A DNA stretch of 63,942 bases, filler included, from a bacterium (lineage in GTDB: Bacteria; JBBIVP01): NCBI GenBank assembly GCA_037439705.1. It is 3 parts of 3 records of this genome, joined end to end, with 100 filler letters (N's around TTAATTAATTAA, not from the genome) between each part and the next. Parts side by side here need not be neighbours in the genome. Positions count along the whole stretch, not along the records: positions 29,218 to 57,306 come from JBBIVP010000004.1; 2 more parts are not named here. The stretch is one strand, 5' to 3'. The number at the start of each line of letters is the position of its first letter. Within the stretch, counting starts at the first letter, position 1. Below are positions 38,905 to 47,807 of this stretch, one piece after another. The position numbers were made by a program, and so were the translations under genes. The notes below the pieces were generated by a model. That model worked only from the letters and a program-made list of their open reading frames with translations, searched no databases and had not been told where the DNA came from.

Positions 38905-39315
38905 ATGCCGAAGTTTCCATCCATGGAATGGGGTGAGGCGTTGAAGGAGGTTATAAACAGCGACCCGGAAATAAGGGAGGCAGGGAAGGATTTTGAGGCT
39001 GATGCTGTCCTTGTGATAGAGCCAGCAGGCGGATTGAGGGAGAGATTCATTGTATATGTGAAGGGTTCAGGTGGTGTTATTCAGGAAGTCAGACAGCTCA
39101 ATAGCCCCGATGAGGTTCCCGCAAAGTTTGTAACCAGCGCAGACTATCTTACATGGAAATCAATAATAAAGGGGGAACTGGACGGAGTGAAAGCACTTCT
39201 CATGGGAAAGGTGAAGTTGAAGGGAGATATGAAAGAGGTTATGAAAAGGGCAAAGGACCAGCAGTTGATGATGAAGGCTCTTTCAAAAATAAAAACAGAA
39301 TTTATAGATGAATAA
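38905..39315 (+). CDS. SCP2 domain protein
   Basis: FPSMEW...IN, ADYLTWKSIIKGELDGVKALLMGKVKLKGDM. Confidence 0.88.
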   Translation: MPKFPSMEWGEALKEVINSDPEIREAGKDFEADAVLVIEPAGGLRERFIVYVKGSGGVIQEVRQLNSPDEVPAKFVTSADYLTWKSIIKGELDGVKALLMGKVKLKGDMKEVMKRAKDQQLMMKALSKIKTEFIDE

Positions 39316-39317
39316 AA

Positions 39318-40622
39318 ATGGAAAAAGAACTTAAAAAAGAACTGGAAAGAATTGTAGGAAAGGAGGGAGTTGTTTATGAAAGGAGAAGGCAGAAGGAACT
39401 TCTTGGTGGCATGCCACCAAAAGATTCCATTGTTCTTCTTCCATCAGGCCATGAGGAGATTGCAGAAATTTTAAAAATGGCAAATTCAAGAAAAATTCCT
39501 GTCAGGACCACATATTACGGAAGTTTTGATCCAAAATCCCTTTCAGAGGGTGGCATCTTTCTTCTTTTCACACGGATGAAGAAAATTGAAAATCTTGATG
39601 TAAAAAATCTTGTTGCACACATTCAGAGAGGAGTAACCTTTGAGGAATTAAAAGAAGCATTAAAAGAACACAATCAAAAAATTCTGCCACCTGCAAATGT
39701 CTATAGCGATTCTGTAGTTGAAACCTACCTGATGAGGTCGGTTCAGTATGCTATGAACAGATATCCTGACACTCAGTTCACAAACCTTTATGCTGTGCTT
39801 CCGTCAGGAGATATATACAGAACTGGAAGCCATATCCTTTCCGAAAAAATTGCGGACTGGAAGGATGAACCCGGTCCGCACATCTGTAAGATGTATCACG
39901 CCTCCGAGGACATATTCGGAATTGTATCCCGTGCGAGCATTCAAGCATTTCCATTGATGGAAATGAGAAAGGCAAAGGTATTTCACTTTCTTGATATGGA
40001 AAAAGCACTTGAATTCTTGAAATGGGTTTCCAGAAAGGAACTCGTTCAGGAAGGGGTTCTTCTGAATTCAAAAGAATGGACAAATTTTTCAAAAGTCTCA
40101 TACTTTGAGGGATGGGTTTCAATATGCGGATTTGAATCTTTTGCAAAGCATGTGGAGTTTCAGATAAGAAAGGTTTCGGAGAAGGCAAAAGAGATGGGAG
40201 GAGTTCAGGTTGATGATGGAGATGAACTGGGCCTAAAATTCATTGAAACCCCTGGAAAAGCATCTCTTGAAGATACTATTGAGTTCTTTTCCCTTTTCAA
40301 AGACCTGAAATTTTTTGATGAATTGCTTAAAGAGGATTTAGGGAAAAAAGGAATTGAACCAAAGGATGTAAGAACCTGTTATATAAGTTGCTCAACTGGA
40401 AGATGTGTATATGCAAAATGCACAATCCCGATAAAAGACAGACAGCTTGTGGTTGATTCTTACAGATTCCTGCTCAGAAACGGTGCTTTCGTGGACAGAC
40501 TTGTGGATGGTGTTGCTGAAGAATATTATTCAAAGAATAACCTCCGGGTTCTTATAGAAAAGTTGAAATCCACGATTGACCCATTTTTCATTCTTAATCC
40601 CCAAAAATTTTTAGAGGTGTAA
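39318..40622 (+). CDS. FAD-binding (PCMH/VAO fold) protein, degenerate
   Basis: VLLPS..EEIAEILKMAN, GVTFEEL, VLPSGDIYRTGS, GPHI...SEDIFGIV, IDPFFILNP; several Gly-rich FAD motifs are eroded. Confidence 0.75.
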   Translation: MEKELKKELERIVGKEGVVYERRRQKELLGGMPPKDSIVLLPSGHEEIAEILKMANSRKIPVRTTYYGSFDPKSLSEGGIFLLFTRMKKIENLDVKNLVAHIQRGVTFEELKEALKEHNQKILPPANVYSDSVVETYLMRSVQYAMNRYPDTQFTNLYAVLPSGDIYRTGSHILSEKIADWKDEPGPHICKMYHASEDIFGIVSRASIQAFPLMEMRKAKVFHFLDMEKALEFLKWVSRKELVQEGVLLNSKEWTNFSKVSYFEGWVSICGFESFAKHVEFQIRKVSEKAKEMGGVQVDDGDELGLKFIETPGKASLEDTIEFFSLFKDLKFFDELLKEDLGKKGIEPKDVRTCYISCSTGRCVYAKCTIPIKDRQLVVDSYRFLLRNGAFVDRLVDGVAEEYYSKNNLRVLIEKLKSTIDPFFILNPQKFLEV

Positions 40623-40624
40623 AA

Positions 40625-42169
40625 ATGAGCTGGAATAAATTTTTTGGAGAGAGAAAGGAAAATTTGAATAAAGCAAAGGATGAGCTTAAAAAACTTCTCG
40701 GTGAAGAAAGGGTTTCGGATAACCCTGCGGTTCTTGTCTGTTATTCCCACGATTTTACTCCAGAAGCGGGAAGAATGCCCAATATTGTTGTTCTTCCAGA
40801 AACAACAGAGGAGGTTTCAGAGATAGTTAAAATAGCGAATAAATATGAAATTCCTGTTTATGTGATAACCACAGGATACAACCACGGAGGAATGTGGATA
40901 CCGAAGAGGGGAGGAATAATGGTGGACCTCAAAAAAATGAATTCCGTCTGCGAAATAGACGAGGAAAGCATGACAGCAACCATTTCCCCTCATGTCAGAA
41001 TTGCCTCCCTTTATGAAGAAAGCAACCAGAGAACTTCGGTTGACGATATAAAACTCAGACCAGCCAATCCGATAACAATGGGAAGCGTTTCAATGCTCTC
41101 AAACTATGTGTCAGGTGGTGCCTCACATATTGCCTATAAAACAGGGAATCATCATGAAAACATAGTCGGAATGACATGGGTTATGCCGGATGGTTCAATT
41201 GTAAAAACCGGCGTTGATTCTTATCCCTTTAAAGGAAAAATTCCCTATCTCGGTCCTGGTCCAGATGTGGGAGGAATATTTCTTGCCTCTCAGGGGAGTT
41301 ATGGGATATGCACGGAAATTACTGTGAAACTTTTCAATGAGATGCCAAGGGAGAAACTCTGCGCTATTTCTCAGGAGGATATCTATTCATTTGACCTTGA
41401 AAAAATAAGTGAGTTCTTTTATAAGGCAGGGAGAGAGAATTTCATTCATGACTTCTACAAAAGCGGTTCAAGGCATGGAGCATCCGTTTCCTTCGCGCCG
41501 GTGGTTGAGGAGGTTCTTGATATGCAACCGGTTCATGTTGTTGTTGTAACCTTAACAGGTATTGACGATGAGGAACTTCAGATAAAATATGAAAGGCTCA
41601 AGGAGATAGTTGATAGCATTCCCGGTCTTATGCTACTTCCGGACGAATCCTTTCAACTGATGGTTCAGGCATTCAACTGGGATATAGAGGAGGCAAAAAG
41701 ATGCCTGTTTAAGAGGTTGTGGAGGGGAAACAGGGTGATGAGGTGGAGGGGGTCTTTTCAGTGGGTAGCCTTTCCAAGCAAGTTTGAACACATTCCATAT
41801 CTTGAAAAGAAAATAAGGGATTTGATCGCAAGATACTGGATACCAACGGACTTATCCCTTGAACCATCAAGGGTGCCATTTCAGGTTTCCCTTCAGGGAC
41901 CATTTCCAATGTCAAGAATGATAGCGCTTGAGTTTGATTTCTGGGTTGACCACACAAATCCCGAAGAGGTGAAAAGAACATCAATGCTTTTCAGAAAAAT
42001 TGTGGAAGAAATGATAAAGGAGGGGGCTGTTGTTGGAAGAACTGTCGCTTTAAGCCAGGAGATTCAGTTGCCAAAACTTGGAATTTATTATACCATTGTC
42101 AAGGATATAAAGAAAAAATTGGACCCAAAAAATATACTTTCTCCTGACACACTGCCTTTGGGAGATTAA
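40625..42169 (+). CDS. FAD-binding oxidoreductase, VAO/PCMH family
   Basis: VVLPETTEEV, TGYNHGG, VDLKKMN, MPDGSIVKTG, GPGPDVGGIFLASQGSYGICT, LDPKNILSP. Confidence 0.88.
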   Translation: MSWNKFFGERKENLNKAKDELKKLLGEERVSDNPAVLVCYSHDFTPEAGRMPNIVVLPETTEEVSEIVKIANKYEIPVYVITTGYNHGGMWIPKRGGIMVDLKKMNSVCEIDEESMTATISPHVRIASLYEESNQRTSVDDIKLRPANPITMGSVSMLSNYVSGGASHIAYKTGNHHENIVGMTWVMPDGSIVKTGVDSYPFKGKIPYLGPGPDVGGIFLASQGSYGICTEITVKLFNEMPREKLCAISQEDIYSFDLEKISEFFYKAGRENFIHDFYKSGSRHGASVSFAPVVEEVLDMQPVHVVVVTLTGIDDEELQIKYERLKEIVDSIPGLMLLPDESFQLMVQAFNWDIEEAKRCLFKRLWRGNRVMRWRGSFQWVAFPSKFEHIPYLEKKIRDLIARYWIPTDLSLEPSRVPFQVSLQGPFPMSRMIALEFDFWVDHTNPEEVKRTSMLFRKIVEEMIKEGAVVGRTVALSQEIQLPKLGIYYTIVKDIKKKLDPKNILSPDTLPLGD

Positions 42170-42187
42170 AGATGAAAGGAGGGAAAA

Positions 42188-43555
42188 ATGAAGGATAGAC
42201 CTTACTGGAACATGGAAATAGAGCCCCTTCTGGGGACAAAAGGAATGAAAGAGATTCAGTGGAGAAACCTGAAGTCTCATCTTGAGATGCTTTATGCAAA
42301 ATCAAGATTGTGGAGGGAATACATGGACGAGAAATCCGCTCCTCCCGAGAAGATAAAAAGCCTTGAAGACTTTTCAAAAGCCTTTCCTGTTCTTGAGAAG
42401 GATGATATGAGGGCTATTGTGATGAAGTTTCTCCCCGAAGGACCAAGGGGAATGCTTGATGCCATGCTTTGTGTTTCATCAAGGGAGATAGTTCTTGTTT
42501 CTGCTACATCAGGAACCACAGGAGAGCCCACACCCTATCTGTTCAGCAAGGAGGATTTAAAAATCAATTTTGAAAGCTTTGCGAGAGCTATATGGAGGAC
42601 AGGAATAAGACCGGGAGATATAATTGTCCATGCAATGGCTTTGAGTATGTTTGGAGCTGGAATTCCTCTTGTTTATGCAGTGATTGAATTCGGAGCAACA
42701 CTTATTCCTGTTGGAGCGGAAGGTGGAACGGAAAGACTTTTGAATTACATAAAGGTTTTGGGACCTATGGAAGGAATAGACGGTATGTTCATTACTCCAT
42801 CTTTTGCAGAGTACTTGATTGAAAAGTGTAAAGAGCTTACGGGTATGGAAGTAAAGGATTTGAGGATAAAAAGGCTTATGTGTGGAGGTGAACCCGGAGC
42901 AGGAATTCCAGAGGTGAGAGAGAGGCTTATGAAGAATTACAATGCCCTTGTGTTTGATATGATGGGACTTGGTCCAATTGCCTTCACATCCTGTCCAACA
43001 GAAGAGTACATAGGAATGCATTTTATAACAGAAGATATGGCTCTTCTTGAAATAGTTGATGTGGAAACGAAAGAGCCAATTCCTTTGGAAGATGGTGCGA
43101 GAGGAGTTCTCGTCTTCACACCTCTTAAAGGATATTGCCTCAATGTTTTAAGGCATACACCCGGAGATGTGGTTGAGATATACACAGATAAATGTCCGTG
43201 CGGTCAATCTGGAATAAGAATGAAGGTTATTGGAAGAACAGATGATATGCTGAAGGTAAAGGGCGTAATGGTTTATCCTGCTGCGATAGAGGGTGTTTTA
43301 AACTCATTCGTTCCAAGGATAACTGGAGAATTTCGTATAGTTCTTACATCCCCGCCTCCAAGGGTTGAGCCACCATTGAAATTAAAAATTGAATATGGAA
43401 AGGATACAAAAACCGAGGAACTTGCTAAATTAGCAAAAGAGATAGCAGAGAGGATGCACGATAAAATAAGGGTGAGACCTGAAATAGAATGGGTTCCACC
43501 TCAGAGCCTTGAGAGGACGGTTCATAAGAAAAAATACTTTGAAAGGAGGTATTAA
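42188..43555 (+). CDS. Phenylacetate-CoA ligase (PaaK-like) family aryl-CoA ligase
   Basis: ATSGTTGEP, TPSFAEYL, GGEPG, CPCG, GRTDDMLKVKGVMVYP. Confidence 0.9.
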   Translation: MKDRPYWNMEIEPLLGTKGMKEIQWRNLKSHLEMLYAKSRLWREYMDEKSAPPEKIKSLEDFSKAFPVLEKDDMRAIVMKFLPEGPRGMLDAMLCVSSREIVLVSATSGTTGEPTPYLFSKEDLKINFESFARAIWRTGIRPGDIIVHAMALSMFGAGIPLVYAVIEFGATLIPVGAEGGTERLLNYIKVLGPMEGIDGMFITPSFAEYLIEKCKELTGMEVKDLRIKRLMCGGEPGAGIPEVRERLMKNYNALVFDMMGLGPIAFTSCPTEEYIGMHFITEDMALLEIVDVETKEPIPLEDGARGVLVFTPLKGYCLNVLRHTPGDVVEIYTDKCPCGQSGIRMKVIGRTDDMLKVKGVMVYPAAIEGVLNSFVPRITGEFRIVLTSPPPRVEPPLKLKIEYGKDTKTEELAKLAKEIAERMHDKIRVRPEIEWVPPQSLERTVHKKKYFERRY

Positions 43556-43972
43556 ATGCCACCATCTTTTCTTGTAAACAAAGAATTCTTTGAACAGATT
43601 GATGGAGAGATCAAACTCGCGGGTTCAAAATGCGAGAGCTGTGGAAAGGTTTATTTTCCCAGAAAAAATTTCTGCTTGAACTGTATGAGCGATAAATTGA
43701 AGGTAGTGCCATTGAGCAAAAGGGGAAAAATAGCCAGCTGGACAGTTGCGAGACAGATCTATACATACGGAATACCACTCCCTTATGCCTTCGGATATGT
43801 TGACCTCCCTGAGGGAGTGAGGCTCTTCACAATTTTTACAGATTGTGAGCCATTTGAAGAAAAACTGAAAACAGGTAAAGAGGTTGAATGGGTGATAAAA
43901 AAATTCAAGGAGGATGAAATGGGAAATGACATAATAGGTTATATGTTTCGTCCTCTGGAGGGAAAAAAATGA
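43556..43972 (+). CDS. DUF35 Zn-ribbon/OB-fold protein
   Basis: CESCGKVYFP...CLNC, GKIASWT, PYAFGYVDLPEG. Confidence 0.92.
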   Translation: MPPSFLVNKEFFEQIDGEIKLAGSKCESCGKVYFPRKNFCLNCMSDKLKVVPLSKRGKIASWTVARQIYTYGIPLPYAFGYVDLPEGVRLFTIFTDCEPFEEKLKTGKEVEWVIKKFKEDEMGNDIIGYMFRPLEGKK

Positions 43973-45135
43973 GAAAAGTATATGTAGTGGGCGGTGGTAT
44001 TATAAAGTTTGGAAAATTTCCCGACAGGGGGATAAGGAAAATGGCTGAAGAGGTTCTTTTTAACCTCTTTAAGGATACGGGTGCAAAGCCATCTGATGTT
44101 GAATCTGCTTATGTAGGTTCTCAGAATACTGCCTGTGATGATACCCTTATGATGGTCGGTCAGATAGCGCTTGAGCAGGCAGGAATAGTTGGAATTCCTG
44201 TGACAAACTGCACAAATGCCTGCGGAAGCGGTTCAAATGCTGTTCATCAGGCGTGGCTTGCAATTCAATCGGGTTTATATGATGTAACGCTCGCTCTTGG
44301 AATTGAAAAGATGTCCAATCCCCTTTTACCGCAGGCAATGATGGCTGGAAGGTTGGGAGGAGGAGATTCAGAAATAGAAGGAGTGTTCGGACTTTTTGCA
44401 CCGGGAATATTCGGGATGATAGCAAAAAGGCACATGGAAGAATACGGAACCACAAGAGAGCAGATGGCAAAAGTTGCTGTGAAGAACAGGTTCAATGCGA
44501 GTTTGAATCCCACAGCTCAGTATCAGACCCCAACCACAATTGAGGAGGTTTTATCTTCAAAAGTTGTTGCAGACCCACTAACCGTTCTTGAGTGCTCTCC
44601 AATTTCAGATGGTGCTGCTGCTGTCCTTCTCGCCTCAGAGGATGCGGTGAAAAGGTTCTCTGGAAAGCCTGTCGAGATAATCGCTTCCGTTCAGGTCTCA
44701 GGAACATATTCAATCACTGACCTTTTGAATGTTGACACCACAAGAAGAGCAGCAAAGAAGGCTTATGAGATGGCTGGAGTTGGTCCTGAAGACATAGACC
44801 TTGCAGAGGTTCATGATTGTTTCAGCATAGCGGAGATAGTTCACTATGAGGAACTCGGTTTTTGCAAAAAGGGTGAAGGGGGAAGATTTATAGACAGCGG
44901 TGCTCCATTTCTTGGTGGAAAAAAGCCCGTGAATACAAGCGGAGGGCTCATTGCAAAAGGGCATCCCCTTGCAGCAACAGGAGTTGCCCAGATTGTGGAG
45001 ATTCTATACCAGTTGAGGGGACAGGCTGGAAAAAGACAGGTTGAGAATGCAAGGATTGGACTAACTCATAACGGAGGAGGATTCCGGAAGGGAGATACAG
45101 GAATCGTCTGCATCCATATATTGAAAAAGGTTTAA
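43969..45135 (+). CDS. SCP-x-type thiolase family protein
   Basis: NACGSG (catalytic Cys), CSPISDGAAA, EVHDCF, KGHPLAATG, HNGGG. Confidence 0.92.
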   Translation: MRKVYVVGGGIIKFGKFPDRGIRKMAEEVLFNLFKDTGAKPSDVESAYVGSQNTACDDTLMMVGQIALEQAGIVGIPVTNCTNACGSGSNAVHQAWLAIQSGLYDVTLALGIEKMSNPLLPQAMMAGRLGGGDSEIEGVFGLFAPGIFGMIAKRHMEEYGTTREQMAKVAVKNRFNASLNPTAQYQTPTTIEEVLSSKVVADPLTVLECSPISDGAAAVLLASEDAVKRFSGKPVEIIASVQVSGTYSITDLLNVDTTRRAAKKAYEMAGVGPEDIDLAEVHDCFSIAEIVHYEELGFCKKGEGGRFIDSGAPFLGGKKPVNTSGGLIAKGHPLAATGVAQIVEILYQLRGQAGKRQVENARIGLTHNGGGFRKGDTGIVCIHILKKV

Positions 45136-45375
45136 AATCGAAAGAACGATGATGTTAGTGGAGAGCACTTTGAAAGAAGTAGGGCTTACCAACGAATCCC
45201 ATTCGCAAAAAATAAAAATTGGGGAGAAGAACCTCAAAAATACCCACGAGGCCATAACAATGTGTGTCCACTACATAAGTATTCAAATAACAAGAAAGGT
45301 GGTCTTGAGCGTTTCTCTTGAATTTTCATAAAAATTTAAATAAATTTTAGACATGGTGTTAAAATATGAAAGGGG

Positions 45376-45927
45376 GTGATTGAAACAATACCGCTTGACC
45401 ACATATTGAGCTGGATGGTTGGACTTCTTTTTGCCCTCGCGTCAAAAAATGCGCAAAAGAACTCTTCCTCTCCTTTTAACAGATACTTCAAAAGAGGACT
45501 CCTCTATCAAATTTTTGTCTTCTTACTCATAGGTTTTTATCTTGCAACGGTATGGCCCGCGTGGAGCTGGATGTATTTCATAAATCCTGAGGAAAAAACC
45601 GCTCTTACCTATCTTCTTGTTCTATGTTATGTCCTGAGTTATTTGGTTTCATTCGTAGTCGGTTGGGTTCTCATAAAGAAAAATCTGGAAAAAGCTGTAT
45701 ATACGATTTTTGGTTTCCTCATTTTTATGTTCCTTTTGCTAACTTTCGGATTTCTGAACAGAATTATGCATGTGGGAGGATATGAAGAATTTGTGGATGG
45801 ATTTGCAAGAGATGCCTTCAATTATCCAGAGTTCATGTGGAGCATGACTGTTATAGGAATTTATTTCTTTGTTCCCCTGATATTCCTTCTCAGAAAAACC
45901 TATAAAGAGACTACTCCTTGGGCTTAA
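45376..45927 (+). CDS. Hypothetical membrane protein
   Basis: 183 aa, about 5 TM segments, WPAWSWMYF motif; GTG start after AGGGG. Confidence 0.7.
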   Translation: MIETIPLDHILSWMVGLLFALASKNAQKNSSSPFNRYFKRGLLYQIFVFLLIGFYLATVWPAWSWMYFINPEEKTALTYLLVLCYVLSYLVSFVVGWVLIKKNLEKAVYTIFGFLIFMFLLLTFGFLNRIMHVGGYEEFVDGFARDAFNYPEFMWSMTVIGIYFFVPLIFLLRKTYKETTPWA

Positions 45928-46796
45928 TCCGAACTTCTCAATAGCTCAAGAAGGGCAACAAGTTCTGAGGGAAGAGGAACGGAAAAACTGTGAGTTTTAA
46001 GACTTTGAGGGTGGGCAAAGGAAAGACTGAACGTATGAAGGGCAAGGCGAGGAAAAATCACACATTTCTTTTTTGAATTTATTAGATATTTTTTCTCTCC
46101 CACTAATGGATATCCCATTTCGGAAAACTGAATTCTTATCTGATTTGTCCTTCCTGTCTTTGGATGAATCTCTACAAAGGTTGTCCATTTATGTCTTTCT
46201 TTTACGAAAAATTCCGATTCTCCATACTCACCTGTTGCTTTCATTATCCCCTTTATTATGCCTTTTTCCTTATTGAGAACTCCGTTTAAAATTGCAAGAT
46301 AGCTTTTCTTCACCCTTCTTTCCTTAAACTCCTTTTTGAGAAATTCCGCCGATTTCTTATTTTTTGCAAAAACCATAACACCCGATGTCTCTCTGTCTAA
46401 GCGATGAACTGGAAATACTTCTTCTGTGTGGGCTGTCAAAAAGTCTTTAAGTGGACCTCCACTATCCTTTTCTTCAGGAGAAAGAAAACCCGACGGTTTA
46501 TTTATGACAATTATGTTCTCATCCTCACAAATAATTTCTGGAGCATTATCCTTTTTATCAAAAAATGCAAAAAGAATATTCCTTATAAAAATTTTATCAC
46601 CTTCCTGTATCTTTTTTGATGGGAAATTTACAATTCTGTCATTTACAAGAATTCCTCCTGCTTCTATCAGCATTTTTGTGAACTTCATTGATGGAATGAG
46701 ATTTCTCCTGAAAATAACCCTGTCAAGCCTCAAGAGTTCATCCGAAGGCCCTGCAGTAAATAACTTCTCTTTGATTCTAAAAACCTTTAATTCCAT
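45924..46796 (-). CDS. RluA/RluD family pseudouridine synthase with S4 domain
   Basis: RLD-type S4 start, INKPSG, VHRLDRETSG, TGRTNQIR, LALH. Confidence 0.93.
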   Translation of the reverse strand: MELKVFRIKEKLFTAGPSDELLRLDRVIFRRNLIPSMKFTKMLIEAGGILVNDRIVNFPSKKIQEGDKIFIRNILFAFFDKKDNAPEIICEDENIIVINKPSGFLSPEEKDSGGPLKDFLTAHTEEVFPVHRLDRETSGVMVFAKNKKSAEFLKKEFKERRVKKSYLAILNGVLNKEKGIIKGIMKATGEYGESEFFVKERHKWTTFVEIHPKTGRTNQIRIQFSEMGYPLVGEKKYLINSKKKCVIFPRLALHTFSLSFAHPQSLKTHSFSVPLPSELVALLELLRSSD

Positions 46797-46888
46797 CCCT
46801 GATATTTTATGAAAAATAAAGGTAAAATGGAATTGTGAAAGAAAGTTAGCCTTCCTTTTATCATAAATTTTAATTTAAACCATTCTTT

Positions 46889-46897
46889 TGCTAAATT
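46889..46897 (+). promoter_or_regulatory. Extended -10 promoter, probably leaderless
   Basis: TGcTAAATT, 7 nt before ATG 46905. On the other strand, TAAAAT (46809-46804) lies 7 nt before ATG 46796. Confidence 0.5.
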
Positions 46898-46904
46898 TTG
46901 TCTT

Positions 46905-47807
46905 ATGATGTGCAGGAAATGCAAGAAAAGAAAACCTGTAATAAATATAAGAGCGTATCGGCTTCCCCTATGTGATGAATGCTATCCATTATGGTTTATG
47001 GAAAGAGCTAAGAAAACCATCAAGGAGTTTTCCCTCCTGAAAAAAGAAGATAGAGTTCTTGTAGCTGTATCAGGAGGAAAGGATAGTCTCTCACTCTGGC
47101 ATACCCTTTGTAAAATTGGATACAATGCTGATGGGTTGAACATCCACCTTGGAATAGATGGTTATTCAGAGCGTTCACTCCAAAAATGTAAAATTGCTTC
47201 AGAAAAACTAAAAAGAAAACTGATAGTTTACGATATGAGGAAAGAAACAGGGAAGGCCATTCCTGAGATGAAGGACTTGAGAAGCAAATGCTCAACCTGC
47301 GGGCTTGCCAAGAGGTACATTATGAACAGAATTGCTTTAGAAGAAGGGTATACGGTGGTAGCTACAGGGCACAACCTTGACGACGAGTGTGCCTCCCTTC
47401 TATCAACAGTTCTTCGCTGGGACCTCGGATACCTCGGGAGACAGGACATAAGCCTTCCAGAGATGAAGGGATTTGTTAGAAAGGTAAAGCCCTTCGCATT
47501 CTTTTCCGAAAAGGAGGTTCTCACTTTCGCCCTCCTTCAGAAGATAGACTATCTTGATGAGGAATGCCCCTATGCAGAGGGAGCTACATCTATATTATAC
47601 AAGGAGGTTTTAAATATAATAGAACACAGGTCTCCGGGGACAAAACTCAGATTCTACAAAGAGTTCCTTTTGAAAAAGAAGGAGTTTGAAAGATTCAGGG
47701 AGTTAGAAGAACTCAGAGAGTGTGCGGTCTGCGGTCAGCTTACAACAAGAGAGATATGTGCATTTTGCAAAACCTTTGGAGAATATAAGGGTATCACCCA
47801 TGGTTGA
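46905..47807 (+). CDS. ttuA: tRNA 2-thiolation enzyme, TtuA/Ncs6 type
   Basis: N-terminal CRKC/CDEC, PP-loop SGGKDS, CSTC, TGHNLDD, CPY, and C-terminal CAVC/CAFC zinc finger. Confidence 0.8.
   Translation: MMCRKCKKRKPVINIRAYRLPLCDECYPLWFMERAKKTIKEFSLLKKEDRVLVAVSGGKDSLSLWHTLCKIGYNADGLNIHLGIDGYSERSLQKCKIASEKLKRKLIVYDMRKETGKAIPEMKDLRSKCSTCGLAKRYIMNRIALEEGYTVVATGHNLDDECASLLSTVLRWDLGYLGRQDISLPEMKGFVRKVKPFAFFSEKEVLTFALLQKIDYLDEECPYAEGATSILYKEVLNIIEHRSPGTKLRFYKEFLLKKKEFERFRELEELRECAVCGQLTTREICAFCKTFGEYKGITHG

Noticed and set aside
45149-45331. 60-aa ORF after the thiolase gene
   Set aside because: No SD, no recognisable motif, atypical composition; may be intergenic or a remnant.
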